Positions 50,744 to 63,669 of a stretch of DNA of 64,000 nucleotides are shown here, one piece after another (the stretch's first letter is position 1; every line of letters begins with the position of its first letter). A program made the position numbers and the translations under genes. The stretch comes from Neoechinorhynchus agilis (Eukaryota > Animalia > Acanthocephala): positions 9,588,784-9,652,783 of the forward strand of contig CM121341.1 of assembly GCA_051530055.1 (NCBI GenBank), read 5' to 3'. The notes under the pieces were generated by a model. That model ran no database searches and was not told the origin of the DNA. It was given only the letters and a program-made list of their open reading frames with translations.

Positions 50744-53500
50744 ACGTTTTATTAATGTAAGAAAAACACGATCCACACACTTGCCAGCATCTATCTTTGC
50801 TGAAGGTGTCTGGACGGCGGATGTTGAAAGCAAGGGAGGTGGGACTGTTTTTTGAAGGGGGTTTTAATGTGGGATCGGAGGCTTTGTACAGGAGATGATC
50901 GATTATGAATCTTTCCTTGTTCTCCGGTTATTAAAGAAAGATTGCGTTTGGGGGAAGAATGATTTTTGGTGGAGGGTGGTACGAGCGAGGGGGATGAAAA
51001 AGGTTTGGGTTACGGGTGTTTACGAAGGAAGAGTATTTAGAGATGGAGGAAGAAAATTGTGGAGGGGGTTGAAGGAGACGGATGGCGTTTTTGGAGAAAA
51101 TGGAGTGGAGGTGGGCGTCGAGGGAAGGGAGTGAAGTCCCGCATATTCTCGCTGCTCTCTTGTGGAAGATTTCGAGGGAATGGAGAGCATTTAAAGAGAA
51201 GGAGAGGAAAGCGGGGAAAGCGTACGTAAGGATAGGAAGGATGGCAGGGAGATAAAAGTGGGCGCGGTGTTTAACGGATACGCCGAGACACCGGAGGAGT
51301 TTGAGAAGGTAAAGACGAGGGTTTGTTTTTGAGAGGGTAAATGAAATGTGGGCATCCCATTTATGGTTTTCTTGTAAAATTAGGCCCAGTATTCGGAGAG
51401 AGGAAGAGCGTTGGATCGGGAGAGGTGCGGGGATAAGATTGCGTTTCGAAATGTGGGGGACAAGCTCAAAAGATTTGGATAAATTTAGGGAGAGGTTTAG
51501 GGTGGAGAGCGAGGAAATGAGATGGTTGATCTCGTCCATGGTAGTGGAGAGGGAGAGAGATGCGATGGTAATGACTGTGAGGTCATCTGCACAAAGAAAA
51601 TATTTGGTAGAGGGAGCGAGGGGATGGAGGGAGGAGAAAGTACGGCGCCTTGGGGGACCCTTTAAATATGGGCAGAGAAGAAGAGCAAGAAGTTCCACAT
51701 TGAATATATTGTTTGCGGTTGGAGAGGAAAGAGGAAATCCAAGCGAGTTTCCAGGTTGGGAGGCCAAAGGAAGCACATGATTGGAGAAGAAGGGAGTGAT
51801 CGATCGACTCGAACGCCCTGGAAATATCCAGTTGCACGAGACGGACGGTCGATGCTGGACTGGAATCTAAGCTGCGCACAAGCGTATCGTAAATGCAGAG
51901 GAGGGCGTCCGAACAAGAGTAATTGGGACGGAAAGCGAATTGGGAAGAGGAGAGGTTTTTAAGGAAGAATAGAAGTAGGCGGGGTTTAAAACATTTTTCT
52001 AAGATTTTAGAGAAAGGTGAGAGGATAGAGATGGGACGAAAGGATGTGGGGGAAATCGGCTTATCGTTTTTGGGTAGGGGGACGACACGGGCTTCCTTAA
52101 GACACGATGGGAAGGAGCTCAATAGAAAGCTAAGGTTCGTTATGTGCGTTAGAGGATCGATAAGTTTGCGGTATGATGAAACGAATGGCCCAATTTGGAA
52201 TAGTCGAATTAGGGGAAGAATGGCGGGGCAGGCGTTTAAGGATCTCTAGGATTTCGAGTGGGGAAACTTGGGAAGGGCATGTATGAATGGGCGGGTCAGA
52301 GAGTGAGAAGGGAGATTGGAACAATAGAGAGGAGGTTTGAGGAGGACAGAGGTTTTTATTCATGGAGTTAAGGATTGAGAAGAGATCAGATTTGGGGATA
52401 GATGCGAAGGGGGTGGATCTGCCAAGACCAGTGACATTTTTTATTTCACGCCACCAGTTTCAATTGGGAACGGACGAGCGACGAGATGAGAGGAATAATT
52501 TGCGGGCTATCCGGATGCGTTTGGTCACTGTGCAGTGGAGGAAGGGGTAAGCGGGATTGCCTGACCGTGAAGCTTTGGAGATCTGGATTTGAAGGGTTTT
52601 TAGAAAAGGCGAGAACCATGGAGGGTCGCGGTTCGATATTCGCAATGTTTTGCGAGGAAAAGAAGGCCTTCATCGCAGATTCTATTAGATTTAACAAAGA
52701 GCCCATTGCAATCGAGGGGTCGGGGCCAAAGATGGTAGAGCGGTTTTGCATGATAAGAGAATTGACACATACAGCAAAGGCATGGGTATGAATATCACGT
52801 TTATCCCAGACAACGTAGGGTGCGGAAAAGGAACGTTTTTGAGGTGATGAGGGGGAGGGAAGAATGGAACAATGGTTAGACGAAGCGATCGGGGGGGGAG
52901 TTTGGTAGTGCACGAGTATTGCCTGATGTTTGAGAAAATTTCAACAAGGAGGGAGAAGCGTGTGGGAAAGTAACGAGTTGGGAAAGATGAGAGAGTGAGG
53001 GCGGGTTCGGCAGTTTGTTAAAATCGCCCAATATAATGAAGTGATCTGAGGAAGTGGAGAGTAGGTCAATAAATAGGTGGTCTATTTGTTCAAGCGTGTT
53101 GGTGATGTTTGAGGAAGGAGGGCGATAAAGGCCAGCGATAGAGATCTCACGTTGGCCATTGCGGAGAAGGAGATGAAGTTGGATGTGAAGCCATTCAAAA
53201 TCGTCGGAGATGAAAAGGTAGGATGAAGAGCAATGGTAAGGAAGAGTGGCGCGGATTAAGATCGATATGCCTCTTCCGTTTCGGAAGTCCCTTGTGAGGT
53301 GAAAAGCTTGAAAGTTTGGAAGGAAGGCAGATAATTTGATATGGGGTGAGAGCCATGTTTCCGTAATTACAAGGATGTCGGCGCTGCACGAAGAGGCCAC
53401 TATATGGAGCTCATCCAGTTTGGGGAGGAGGCTGCGGATGTTAGAATAAAAGATTATTGGAAAGGGATGTTTAGAAGGGACATGAGGGGTGGACACTTGC
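50744..53500 (-). mobile_element. L2/CR1-group LINE ORF2 (APE + RT), frameshifted; catalytic motif reads CADD
   Basis: APE: YSNIRSLLPKLDEL...ITETWL...GLYRPP...ILGDFN. RT: ARVVPLPK...FRPISILSPFSKILEK, QFAFRP, LDISRAFESIDH, FLCADD, LGLILQENHKWDAHI. Confidence 0.9.
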
Positions 53501-53659
53501 CACTTCGTTGCTTTCATGTTCTTCACGTTTCAGGAACTGGCATTGGTACCTCTCCTCAGAGCATATTTTTGTTCTTTGGTTTTTCCAAATTGTTTCTTTG
53601 GCTTACATAGAATTTACTAGATTCATTGCGGGGAATTCTGTATACCACACCTCTGCTTT

Positions 53660-54330
53660 CGTGTTATATAAAGACGTTTTATTTAAAAGAAGAATAATTC
53701 ATGGAACCTTGTACCTTAGGTGAGTTGACTATGGTTGGTAAAATCGTTTTTGGTCCGTTAGTTGATTTTGATTTATTTAATTTTGGTTGGTTAATTTGTA
53801 GTTGTTGTTTTCCGCTCTTTCCTCCAAATCAATTCGCATTTGGAGGCGTGAGCATTAACGAAGAAAGAGAGGAGGTAGAGATTTGTGCTAGGAATTGAAG
53901 GATGGAAAATGTTGGGACGACGTGAGTGTTATAAGTGTGAGTAAAAGGAGAAGATAATAAAGGCGCTTTGCATGCTTTTGAACCATTAGATGGAGGTGTT
54001 TTCTAAGGGGACGAGTTCGGAGGTTTTTTGAACAGATTAGAAGAAAAATTGCAGAAAGTTAGATATGCGCGTAGATGAGCGTTGGTAGGATTGCGGAGAA
54101 GTACTTAAGATCTATGGATGATAATCCAAGGAATCCGAGGCGTTTAAGAAGATAGAGCTTAATGGACCCTTTGTGCAACGAAATTGATATGTGCTTGTCC
54201 CACTTAAGATTTTCTTCGAATTGAAGACTAAGTAGACGATCAGAGGAGACACGATTGATAGGAAAAGGAAGAAGCGGCTATTCGGAATGTGGCTATTTGG
54301 GGCCGAGAGGACGATTTCAAAGCATTTGGT
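53660..54330 (-). mobile_element. Degenerate 3' fragment of a related L2/CR1-group LINE
   Basis: Minus strand encodes broken LQFEENLKWDKHI...KLYLLKRL and ends in AATAAAACGT like the neighbouring LINE. Confidence 0.7.
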
Positions 54331-55838
54331 TAAGTTAAGGGTAAGGAATTTAGATTAGTTAAATGCTTAGACAATCGGTGACATTGGACTAAAGCAGAAT
54401 TTTATAGTCAAGGGGATGATAAATCGATGGCATCTTCCAGTCTTACTTCTGCTTTATTTCACACTCCCTCACCTACAGTTATCCCGTCTTTTGCAACTTA
54501 TCCAAATCACAAATTCAAAGTCTTGAAATATTTCACGGAGAAGAGCGTCTAAAATTTGCACATTTCATTTTCCCAAGCTCGCCAAATGTATTTATAAAAT
54601 TTTCATCAAACAATCAAAGCGCCACTCAATCCTACCACCGCAATTTCTCCAACTTTTTATTCCCTTTTTTCACGCGATCACAACACTTGTAATCCCAATT
54701 CCTTTCATCCTCCTTTACCTCGAATATCCCTCTACTTCGGCTCTTTTTCTTTACTGCTCAATCTTCTCTTTATATCATGACCAAAAATGAAACGGAGGAA
54801 GGACCCAACCTAAGAAGCTCTCTTCGGCACAAATAACCAACGCCTTTCCCCCAATTGATCGGACCCGTCATCCACTCCGAAATCAACAGTCACGTCACGG
54901 GGACCCAGAGGTAAATGGTTACTCTATTTTAATCAATAATAAAATCTGGTATTCTAAATAAATTTCCTTTAATTTTCATAGGAATCCTTTTAAAGATGGG
55001 CTGAATTAAAAGGACGCCGAGCCCTAAAGGAGTTTTTGTAGTTCACTTTAAAGTTGTTATCGATATCATAACAATTTTCGGTGTGATATAAATTCAAAAC
55101 TCAGTGAAGTATAAACACAAAGAGATGCACAGACGAATACATCAAAATTCTTTCAAAAAAGTCCGCAGATCTGTAATTCAATAAATATTATTGGACAAAT
55201 GAATACAAGGAGTACTCACAACCAAGTAATTCTCCCGTTTTTTTGCAATCAAATAGAGGCAATGAGGTTTTCTTGAGAATCTACGGCCGGTCATTTGACG
55301 CTTTGTGATTTAAACGTGATCTTTAATTTCGGAAAGTTTTTGTTTCTTCGATTCACTAGTAAACGATGCGAAACTGCGAGCATCATGTGAGTCTCTTAAA
55401 CTGATATTTAGCTTTGCTTGAAAAAATTCGTCTTTTAACTCCATTTAATACTATCGAGACAAATCGCTGGTCTCTAATTACAGAGATCGAAATATATTCA
55501 TTTTAATGAAATCGAATAAAAATTGGTTCGGCACGAAACCAACCGGATTCCTCTGCTGCAGATATAAATGAAGGCTTAAAATTGATAAAATTCATAATCA
55601 CTTGTTTCGCCAAGCTGGTTCCTAATAGGGTATTTTGAAAACCTGATTATCAGATAGTCGAGCAAATCAATCGATTCTATGATCAAAATCAATAATTATC
55701 GGTATAGTAAAGCTCTATGATAATTCCGGTGTTTGCGAATTAACAGCAATTAGAAGGTTCACGTGGTAACGTGAGACCCCTTCCTTCGAATAAAACGTCT
55801 ATCGATAACAATTGCGATATTCTACAACTTAAAGAGAG

Positions 55839-56657
55839 ATGCAACGACGAATCAGTGATCACTCACCATTCTTCAAGAGATCAAAACAGTCTTGGCCACG
55901 TTCAAATCGATTTGAAACTAATCAAAAATCAACCAAATATCACCAACCACGAAACAGAGACCGAAATCAAATGCCAGTTTTCGAGCGCCGAGGCGATAAC
56001 TTAACATGGCACTCACGAAATGTTAGCCGGCGACGCCAAGATAATGAAAGTAATTTTTATGAACCTCAATGGAGAGCCAATCGAAATTCTAATTATCGAC
56101 CGCCATCACACAACCGAAATTATAGAAGATATCGGAATTACTTGCGGGAAACAAGACAGGACAATCGTCACGAGCGTGAAACAAGACCGTGGTCGCCAGA
56201 GCTCAATAGAAGGCAGCAAGTTAGAAAAAGAGCTTCGCGACGACAAAATGATTTTCCGAGCAGAAAACGTCCAAGAGTTACTTTGGAGTTTCTCGACAAG
56301 CAATTGGACGACTATAAGGCAAAATGTGCAAGGGAGCGAATGGCGATGGGACTTCCACAAGAAAGTACCAAATTAAATTACGATCAACCGGCACAAAAAA
56401 GAAGATACAATCGCCAAGAGCGTGAAACAAGACCTTGGCCACCAGAGTTCAATAGAAGCCAGCAATTCCGGAAAAGGGCGTCGCGACAACGAAACGATTT
56501 TCCGATCAGAAAACGTCCTCGAGTGACATTGGAGTTCCTCGACAAACAATTGGACGACTACATGGCAAAGTGTGCAAGGGAGCGAATGGCGATGGGACCT
56601 GCACAAGAGGCTACCAACTCAAATGACGGTGAATCGGAAAAAAATGAAAAACCGTAG
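55839..56657 (+). CDS. Arg-rich protein (272 aa) with two copies of a CHTOP/ALYREF-like UAP56-binding motif; paralog A
   Basis: RVTLEFLDKQLDDY(K/M)AK occurs twice in an internal 246-bp duplication (anchors 56172 and 56418). It resembles my recollection of the CHTOP C-terminal LTKEQLDNQLDAYM motif. Confidence 0.65.
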   Translation: MQRRISDHSPFFKRSKQSWPRSNRFETNQKSTKYHQPRNRDRNQMPVFERRGDNLTWHSRNVSRRRQDNESNFYEPQWRANRNSNYRPPSHNRNYRRYRNYLRETRQDNRHERETRPWSPELNRRQQVRKRASRRQNDFPSRKRPRVTLEFLDKQLDDYKAKCARERMAMGLPQESTKLNYDQPAQKRRYNRQERETRPWPPEFNRSQQFRKRASRQRNDFPIRKRPRVTLEFLDKQLDDYMAKCARERMAMGPAQEATNSNDGESEKNEKP

Positions 56658-58107
56658 ACTTTATATAATTCAAAGCTGTATATGTCAGCATGGGGTTTAG
56701 ACTTTTTCGAATAAAAGTTATAATAATAACAATGAATGATCGTGGAATGCTGTTAAATTAAAATTACACCCTAAAATATCAGAATCGTGAACAAAAAAAT
56801 ATCTGATCACAAAAACTGAATACAGCAAAGAATTCTGAGCATCTGTTGAAGTAAACTTCGATTTTTTTCAATTGAAAACATTTTTTGTTAGTTAATAATA
56901 ATTGCATTGTACTTATTTAATTTTAAAGCAAAAAGCCCAGACTGTTAAGAGATTGCTGTTCCGTGGATCGGTCATAATCAAACGTTTAGTAAAATAAGTA
57001 TTTCGATCAAAATAATTGAATTGAATGTCGAGTACAAAATTTATTTTCTCTATTTGATGCTTCCGGGAACGGGATCTTCAGTATTGTCCGTATTCAGAAT
57101 TTTGTTTCCTTTTACCGGAAATATGCAAAGAATTTTACATTCATTTTCAACGAAAAGATTTGAACAGCATTCTTTGTTCTGAAGGTTTCTGTGGATCATC
57201 AATACATCACCGAGTTTACTTCATATTCCATAATATTAAAAGTAGAGTTGTCATCGATATGAAATGGATTTATTCTGCCAAGAGTTTAAAATTGCAGAAT
57301 GGGAGATTGTGCGAAATATATTTTTATTCGCACAACATCAATATCTGTAAATGTAGCAATTTAATTGGCTGCTTTAATATGCATTTTTATTCTTTTAAAT
57401 GAGACAAAATTGATGCAGTATTTAAATTTTTATAAAAGACGTTCTTTAAACGGATGCGCACTTTTTAGGTTCCTTGAATTCAACAACTTTTAATTCAATA
57501 AGATACAATTTGGCGATCAAGAAGTATTAAAGTGCTCTACGTGATTGGCTACTGAACTTCACATTATTTTCCTCAGTTTATATTTTTTCAATTGGGAGAG
57601 ATCGGAATGTATTTTACCATTTATTCTGTTATCTCTCGCGCAATCAAACATCGGGCTAGAATTCTTAGCTAAACAATTAAAAATCGGTAGACGTCCGCAG
57701 CGAACATTTGGTTAACATATAAAATTTAAATTTTAATAAAACGACATCGATGAGTTTATTTTGATTGGAGATCTTGTTTACCAGTGATAAATTACATAAA
57801 TAATATTTTCTGTTGATAAGAGCCGACGAGGAGTTCATTGCCGAATCTGCCCCATTTTCCATTTAAAATACGCAACTTCATATTAAATAAAAGGTTAGCG
57901 GAAAAGCTTTTGTGCTAAAAAATAGTCTTCGAATAACATATTTTGAAGAAACGCTCAGGATCATCAATATGCTGTGATTGCAACAAATATTGTGTTCTAA
58001 AAGGTTCCCCGAAAACATTAATATACATCGATAAACCCACTCAAAAATAGTATCTTTGTTACCCACAAAATATCCCGGAAGCTCAGCAAAGACGATAAAA
58101 TCTTATA

Positions 58108-59116
58108 ATGGGAAGAACTAGGGGATGTGAAAGGCCAATTCATTTTGCGACAAGTCGAAGATCAGCTACAACGGTAAAAGAAATCTTTATTGATCTAATA
58201 AGAAATTTAAATTTCCGCAGAGAAATCAATATTATGGGGCGATACGGGAAGTTGGTAAACGGCTAGAACCGATATTCTCGAGGAGAGGTATTGAAACAGG
58301 CAAAATTGCGGAATTAAAGGAGGTATGTAAATTTAGATTTATCATTTTAAAGTTTTGCTAATATTACGCCAGAAATGGATTGATTTGTTGATCAAGGCTG
58401 GAACTTTTGGTGGGCCAGCGGGTAGGTTCGGCTTGAACTCTTAACAATTGTAACAAACTCTAATTTGCTTAGATCATGAAGTGCTGCAAAGAATTGCTCC
58501 ATTTAAAAGATTCGGTTCAAATAATGAAGTTAGCAAAGATGACGACACTATAAGCATATCTTCAATCGATTCGTCTAATATCAATGAAATGAATGAGGTA
58601 TTAATTTCAAATAGAAGAATGCTGGAGGATATGGAGGAAGACCTTGTAAGCGTCTCTTCAATCGATACGTGTGATATCGATGGATCGAACGAGATAGAAA
58701 CTTTAAATAGAGGAAGGATGGAGGCCAGGACTCGTGTTGGAGACTCAATGAATCAAAATAGTAGTGATTTGTCTTTAGAAGATTCAATGCAAAACAAGAT
58801 AGAAGAGAGTGACATTGGTGATACAAGTGAAGAAAGTATTGAAGACGTAGAAATTGATAAAAGTGAAAGGATCACGATTGATTCGGCAGATTCTCTGAGC
58901 GGTGAAGACGTCGAAGAGTACCCTGAGACCGATGATATAATTATTGGAATTAGTGAACCAAAATATATGAAATGGGACGTACAACATTTCAAGATTAGAA
59001 ACGTTGTTATGAGGATTAGGAACAAGGAATTCCTTTTCAAAGGAGTATTCGGGAAAGGAAGAGATCCCACCGGAGAAAGTCTTGTGAAGAGGCTTATACG
59101 GGAACATGAAAACTGA
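58108..59116 (+). CDS. Four-exon gene for an uncharacterised acidic protein (exons 58108-58173, 58221-58322, 58373-~58421, ~58473-59116)
   Basis: Three consecutive ~47-51 nt GT-AG introns give a continuous frame: MGRTRGCERP...|RNQYYGAIRE...|KWIDLLIKAG...|DHEVLQRIAPFK... into the 211-aa ORF. Confidence 0.7.
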
Positions 59117-59608
59117 ATATAACCTTTTTGTTAGAATTATACACTTAATAAATAGAATGTTGCTAACACGGTTAAGAATTTCTGCGGTGAAACATAATTT
59201 GATGCCTTTTGAAATGGTGGAGAATCGCTTTAATGAACTTTTCGCTATGTGTTTGCTACTGCGAGTATATCGGTCATTGCAATTTTGGATGTTATTTTTA
59301 TTTGGGCGGCTACAAAGCAAAGGTTTTCAATAAATCAGTAGCAAATACTAAACGCCACTAAATAAGATTCCAAATATTCGGATGATCTCTATTTAACAGT
59401 AATTAAGAGGCATAATATTTATTAGACAGCTACCAATAGAAATGTTCACGTGGTAACGTGAGAAGCCGGCCTAACACTAACAAATAAGTTTATCAACAGC
59501 TTCGGTTTACTATTTATTAACAGTTCGAAGAAACACACGATCGTATCTCCTTCCTTCGAATATAACGTCTATCGATAACAATTGCGATATTTTACAACTT
59601 ACAGAGAG

Positions 59609-60163
59609 ATGCAACGACGAATCAGTGATCACTCACCATTCTTCAAGAGATCAAAACAGTCTTGGCCACGTTCAAATCGAATCGAAACTCATCAACAATC
59701 AACAAAATATCACCAACCACGAAACAGAGACCGAAATCAAATGCCAGTTTTCGAGCGCCGAGGCGAGCATTCAACATGGCACTCACGAAATGTTAGCCAG
59801 CGACGGCAAGATAATGAAAGTAATTTTTATGAACCTCAATGGAGAGCCAATCAAAATTCTAATTATCGACCCCCATCACACAACCGAAATTATAAAAGAT
59901 ACCGGAATTACTGGCAGGAAACAAGACAGGACAATCGCCAAGAGCGTGAAACAAGACCGTGGTCGCCAGAATTCAATAGAAGGAAGCAATTTCAAAAAAG
60001 AGCTTCGCGACAACAGAACGATTTTCCGATCCGAAAACGTCCTCGAGTGACATTGGAGTTCCTCGACAAACAATTGGACGACTATATGGCAAAGTGTGCA
60101 AGGGAGCGAATGGCGATGGGACCTGCACAAGAGGCTACTTCGGAGAAAAATGAAAAACCGTAG
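59609..60163 (+). CDS. Arg-rich UBM-like protein (184 aa), paralog B with a single motif
   Basis: Highly similar to 55839-56657. The duplicated block spans ~55755-56780 versus ~59440-60285 and includes shared upstream GTTCACGTGGTAACGTGAGA and a shared 3' UTR. Confidence 0.65.
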   Translation: MQRRISDHSPFFKRSKQSWPRSNRIETHQQSTKYHQPRNRDRNQMPVFERRGEHSTWHSRNVSQRRQDNESNFYEPQWRANQNSNYRPPSHNRNYKRYRNYWQETRQDNRQERETRPWSPEFNRRKQFQKRASRQQNDFPIRKRPRVTLEFLDKQLDDYMAKCARERMAMGPAQEATSEKNEKP

Positions 60164-60729
60164 ACTTTATATAATTCAAAGCTGTATTTGTCAGCATGGG
60201 GCTTAGACTTTTTCTAATAAAAGTCATAATAACGATGGTTGATTGTGGAAGACTGTTAAATTAAAATTACAGTCTAAAATATCATGCCTTTACGTTCAAT
60301 AGGGTAGCAAATTGAACATTTTGAATACATTAAGTGTAAAGCTTAATACCTGTTTGAAACCACAACCACCATAGTTTAATTTTCATAAGAAGCGTTCTAG
60401 GTCACTGAACAATTTTCCAGAATGCAGATTATAGACAATCAATAGATGACTGCAATTTTAGATAGGATCAATTTAAAAATAATGCGACTCGCGTTTAAAG
60501 TTCGAAATTTAATTCCCTGAGAATGCGAAGGACCGGAATACTTGTGCAATCGATTAAAAAAGCATAATAATTTTTCAAAAGAGAAAAAGTTCAATCACTT
60601 TCATCTCCCTTATACAACTTAGCAGAAAACGCTTTAGACTGAGATGATGATGTAGCCGAACAACTCATGGACACTGTAGTCAGAAAAGCGGATAGAAATT
60701 TTAGATACTGCTAAAGGACAGGCAATGCA

Positions 60730-61510
60730 AAACAGCGATGGGGTCGTCCGAGCTGGATTGTTGGCAGTTTCGACACAAGAATCGGGGGCGTGGTTGGAGG
60801 CTGTTCCTCTGGCATCAGTCGGAACTCTTCTCACTGATGAGGTAACGACTATCGCAGTATCCTTAAGACTTGGTCTCCCGATATGAACGCCCCATCGCTG
60901 TCGATGCGAGTCTTTGGTTGATGCTTTCGGGCGACACGGTCTCGTTTGCCGAAAGTCAGGAGGAAGGTTCCCACGCCATTCTGAAATCAATAACGCAATT
61001 TCTCGGGCGTTGAGAACGGCGAACTTCCCCAGTATCTTGGAACCCGCCCATCTTTGTCGACCAGACGGTCGTCGACCTGACGGAATTTTGGCCTTTCCGT
61101 GGCGGGAGGGCAAATGCCTTCTCTGGGACGTCACTTGTGTGGACACCCTCGCAGTAAGCAACATTCCCGACTCTCGAAATCCCTGAAGGTTCAGCCAGTG
61201 CAGCGGAAGGGATGAAGGTTCGAAAATGTAGGGAATTAGCAAGGACCCACTATTTTGTACCATTCGGAGTAGAGACGAATGGAGCGCTTGGCAGCTCGGC
61301 ACTCTCTCTGCTCCAGGATCTCTTGAAGAAATTGAGAGAAACGACCGGCGACGCACGAGCAAATGTATTCCTGCGACAAAATATCTCGCTTGCAGTACAA
61401 CGAGGCAATGCCGCTAGCGTGATAGCGACAGCCGAGGGAGGAGAGAAGCTAAGAATTTGCGGACGATGGTGATTGCACGTTTTGTGCTTTATTATGTTCT
61501 ACAAATAAAA
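60730..61510 (+). mobile_element. 5'-truncated CRE-clade copy, same subfamily as 47425-50540
   Basis: [32 protein letters not shown]...RPDG...[10 protein letters not shown], then after a break HYFVPFGVET...QRGNAAS...GRW*. Confidence 0.92.
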
Positions 61511-61689
61511 GTTCAAATCAAAAGTTTTTCAATCCTTTTAATTCGAAAAACGGACGTGGACTCATATTAAGCATTTTGTTCGTTAACTTCTTGACCACGT
61601 TTAAAAGTATGCGGAGAATTTGGACTCTTTTTTTCAGTAGACGACAATTTCTACATTCGACACATACAAAGTCAGTCTGGCCATTGGGA

Positions 61690-61850
61690 AAATTGACGGA
61701 GTGGCGATGGGGTCCCCTTAAGACCCGCATTAGCCGATCTTTACATGTCTAATTGGGAGGATTAAGCATATAGTAGATTTCCAGATCTGATAAAATGGTG
61801 GCGATACATCGACGACGTTTTCTGCGTGCTCAAATCTACGCATCTATTCA
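61690..61850 (+). mobile_element. Penelope-like element RT remnant
   Basis: Broken frames read KIDGVAMGSP*, LADLYMSNWED*, KWWRYIDDVFCV, matching the Penelope-type RT motifs (GVAMGSP...RYVDD). Confidence 0.75.
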
Positions 61851-61904
61851 ACAATAAAGATAAGGCAACCAAAGGTTAATCTCTTACAAAGACAAAACGG
61901 TAAC

Positions 61905-62997
61905 TTTAGGATACATCCGAATTTTTTCTTGAATCGTTATAGACATAGTCGGTAATGCGATAATTCTTATTTTTTCTTATCGAAAAACGCGAATAAAATG
62001 TAATCAGCGCTAAAAATAAACTTTCCCAGTTTTATTATGAGACAAATGCCGGAATGGAAGCTTTAAACGATTTGAGGCCCCACAAATTCTATATGCCGCG
62101 CAAGAGCTAAAAATCTAATTCAAATTTGTAGAAATTTAGGCTACAAAAATAAACAAAATAAATAAATCGATTTAGGATGCGTCCATGGTTTTTTGAAGGC
62201 GATATCTATCGGCGTTTTTGAAAAACTTTTTAGTCGTTATCGACTCAATCGGTAATGCGAAAATTTTTATTTTTCTTATCGAAAAACGCGAATAAAATGT
62301 AATCAGGGCTAAAAATAAGCTTTAAGGTTTTGTTATGAGACAAATGCCGGAATCGAAGCTTTAAACGGTTTGAGGCCCTACAAATTCTATATTCAGCACA
62401 AGAGCTAAAACTCTAATGCTAATTTGTAGAAATTTAGGCTACAAAAATAACCAAAATAAGTCGATTTAGAAGAGGTTCATTTAGGATGCATCCGTAATTT
62501 TTTAAAGGCAATATCTATCGCCGTTTTTTAAAAACTTTTTAATCGCTATCGACTCAATCGGTAATGCGAAAAATTTTATTTTTTCTTATCTAAAAACGCG
62601 AATAAAATGTAATCAGGGCTAAAAATAAACTTTCCCGGTTTTGTTATGGGACAAATGCCGGAATCGAAGCTTCAAACGTTTTGAGGCCCTACAAATTCTA
62701 TATCCAGCGTAAGAGCTAAAAATCTAATGCAAATTTGTAGAAATTTAGACTACACAAATAACCAAAATAAATATATCGATTTAAGAGAGGTTCATTTAGG
62801 ATGCATCCATGATTTTTTGAAGACGATATCTATCGGCGTTTTTGAAAAGCCTTTTTAATCGTTATGGACTCAATCGGTAATGTGATAATTCTTATTTTTT
62901 CTTATCGAAAAAAACGCGAATAAAATGTAATCAGGGCTAAAAATAAACTTTTCCGGTTTTGTTATGAGACAAATGCCGGAATCGAAGCCTTAAACGT
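61905..62997. repeat. AT-rich tandem repeat, ~3.5 diverged units of 300-316 bp
   Basis: CGGTAATG anchor at 61950, 62250, 62559 and 62875, with shared AAAACGCGAATAAAATGTAATCAG and GACAAATGCCGGAAT blocks. Confidence 0.92.
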
Positions 62998-63026
62998 ATC
63001 GTATATTTTTTATCGTGTTCTGACCT

Positions 63027-63439
63027 TCATATGGAGATCAATGCACAAAAGCTAATGATCGTTGGCAAATGTTTCTCCTCACATGATCTTTGTGTTTCGG
63101 ACTTCGTTCTATTTCTCATACGGTAAAAGATAAAGTCAATCTGTGTTCGCCTTCCTCCGGAGGTATGAGTATCAAGATATCGATCTTCCTTATCAAAAGA
63201 GGTGTTCGCGATCCTTAATTTGTTTGCAAGCGTCAACCCTTCGTAATTTTATGTCCCGATGACCCCCTGAAGTCGCCACAAACCATGAGGGCTTCATCGG
63301 GATTATTCCAGAATTCATCGCTCTCTTGTTGAGGACAGCAAACCTGCGGAGCGTAGCAAGAAATAATCGTCAAACCCTGAGCACCAAGATCCATTCTCAT
63401 CGCCAATATTCTATCAGTGAGTCTCTTAATTTCCAGCAC
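63027..63439 (-). mobile_element. RTE-clade LINE APE endonuclease remnant
   Basis: LTDRILAMRM...TIISCYAPQV...LMVCGDF; LRIANTSF...THTSGGRRTQIDFI. Confidence 0.82.
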
Positions 63440-63669
63440 TTTATCTTTGTATTTCTCATCTAATGCAATTTTCGGAACCCGTTTCTACCATTGCTCGATC
63501 CACTATAATATAATTTAAACCCTTCTCCAAATTCTCGAGCCTTCGATCCTCTCCATCGTAGTTCCTAGAAGCATAGAATTGCAATTTGTCTCTTTTTTTC
63601 ATTATGCTCACTACTTCCATTGGCTTGTCTGTCATCAACCACATTTTTTTATTTATCTTGTTTAAGAAG

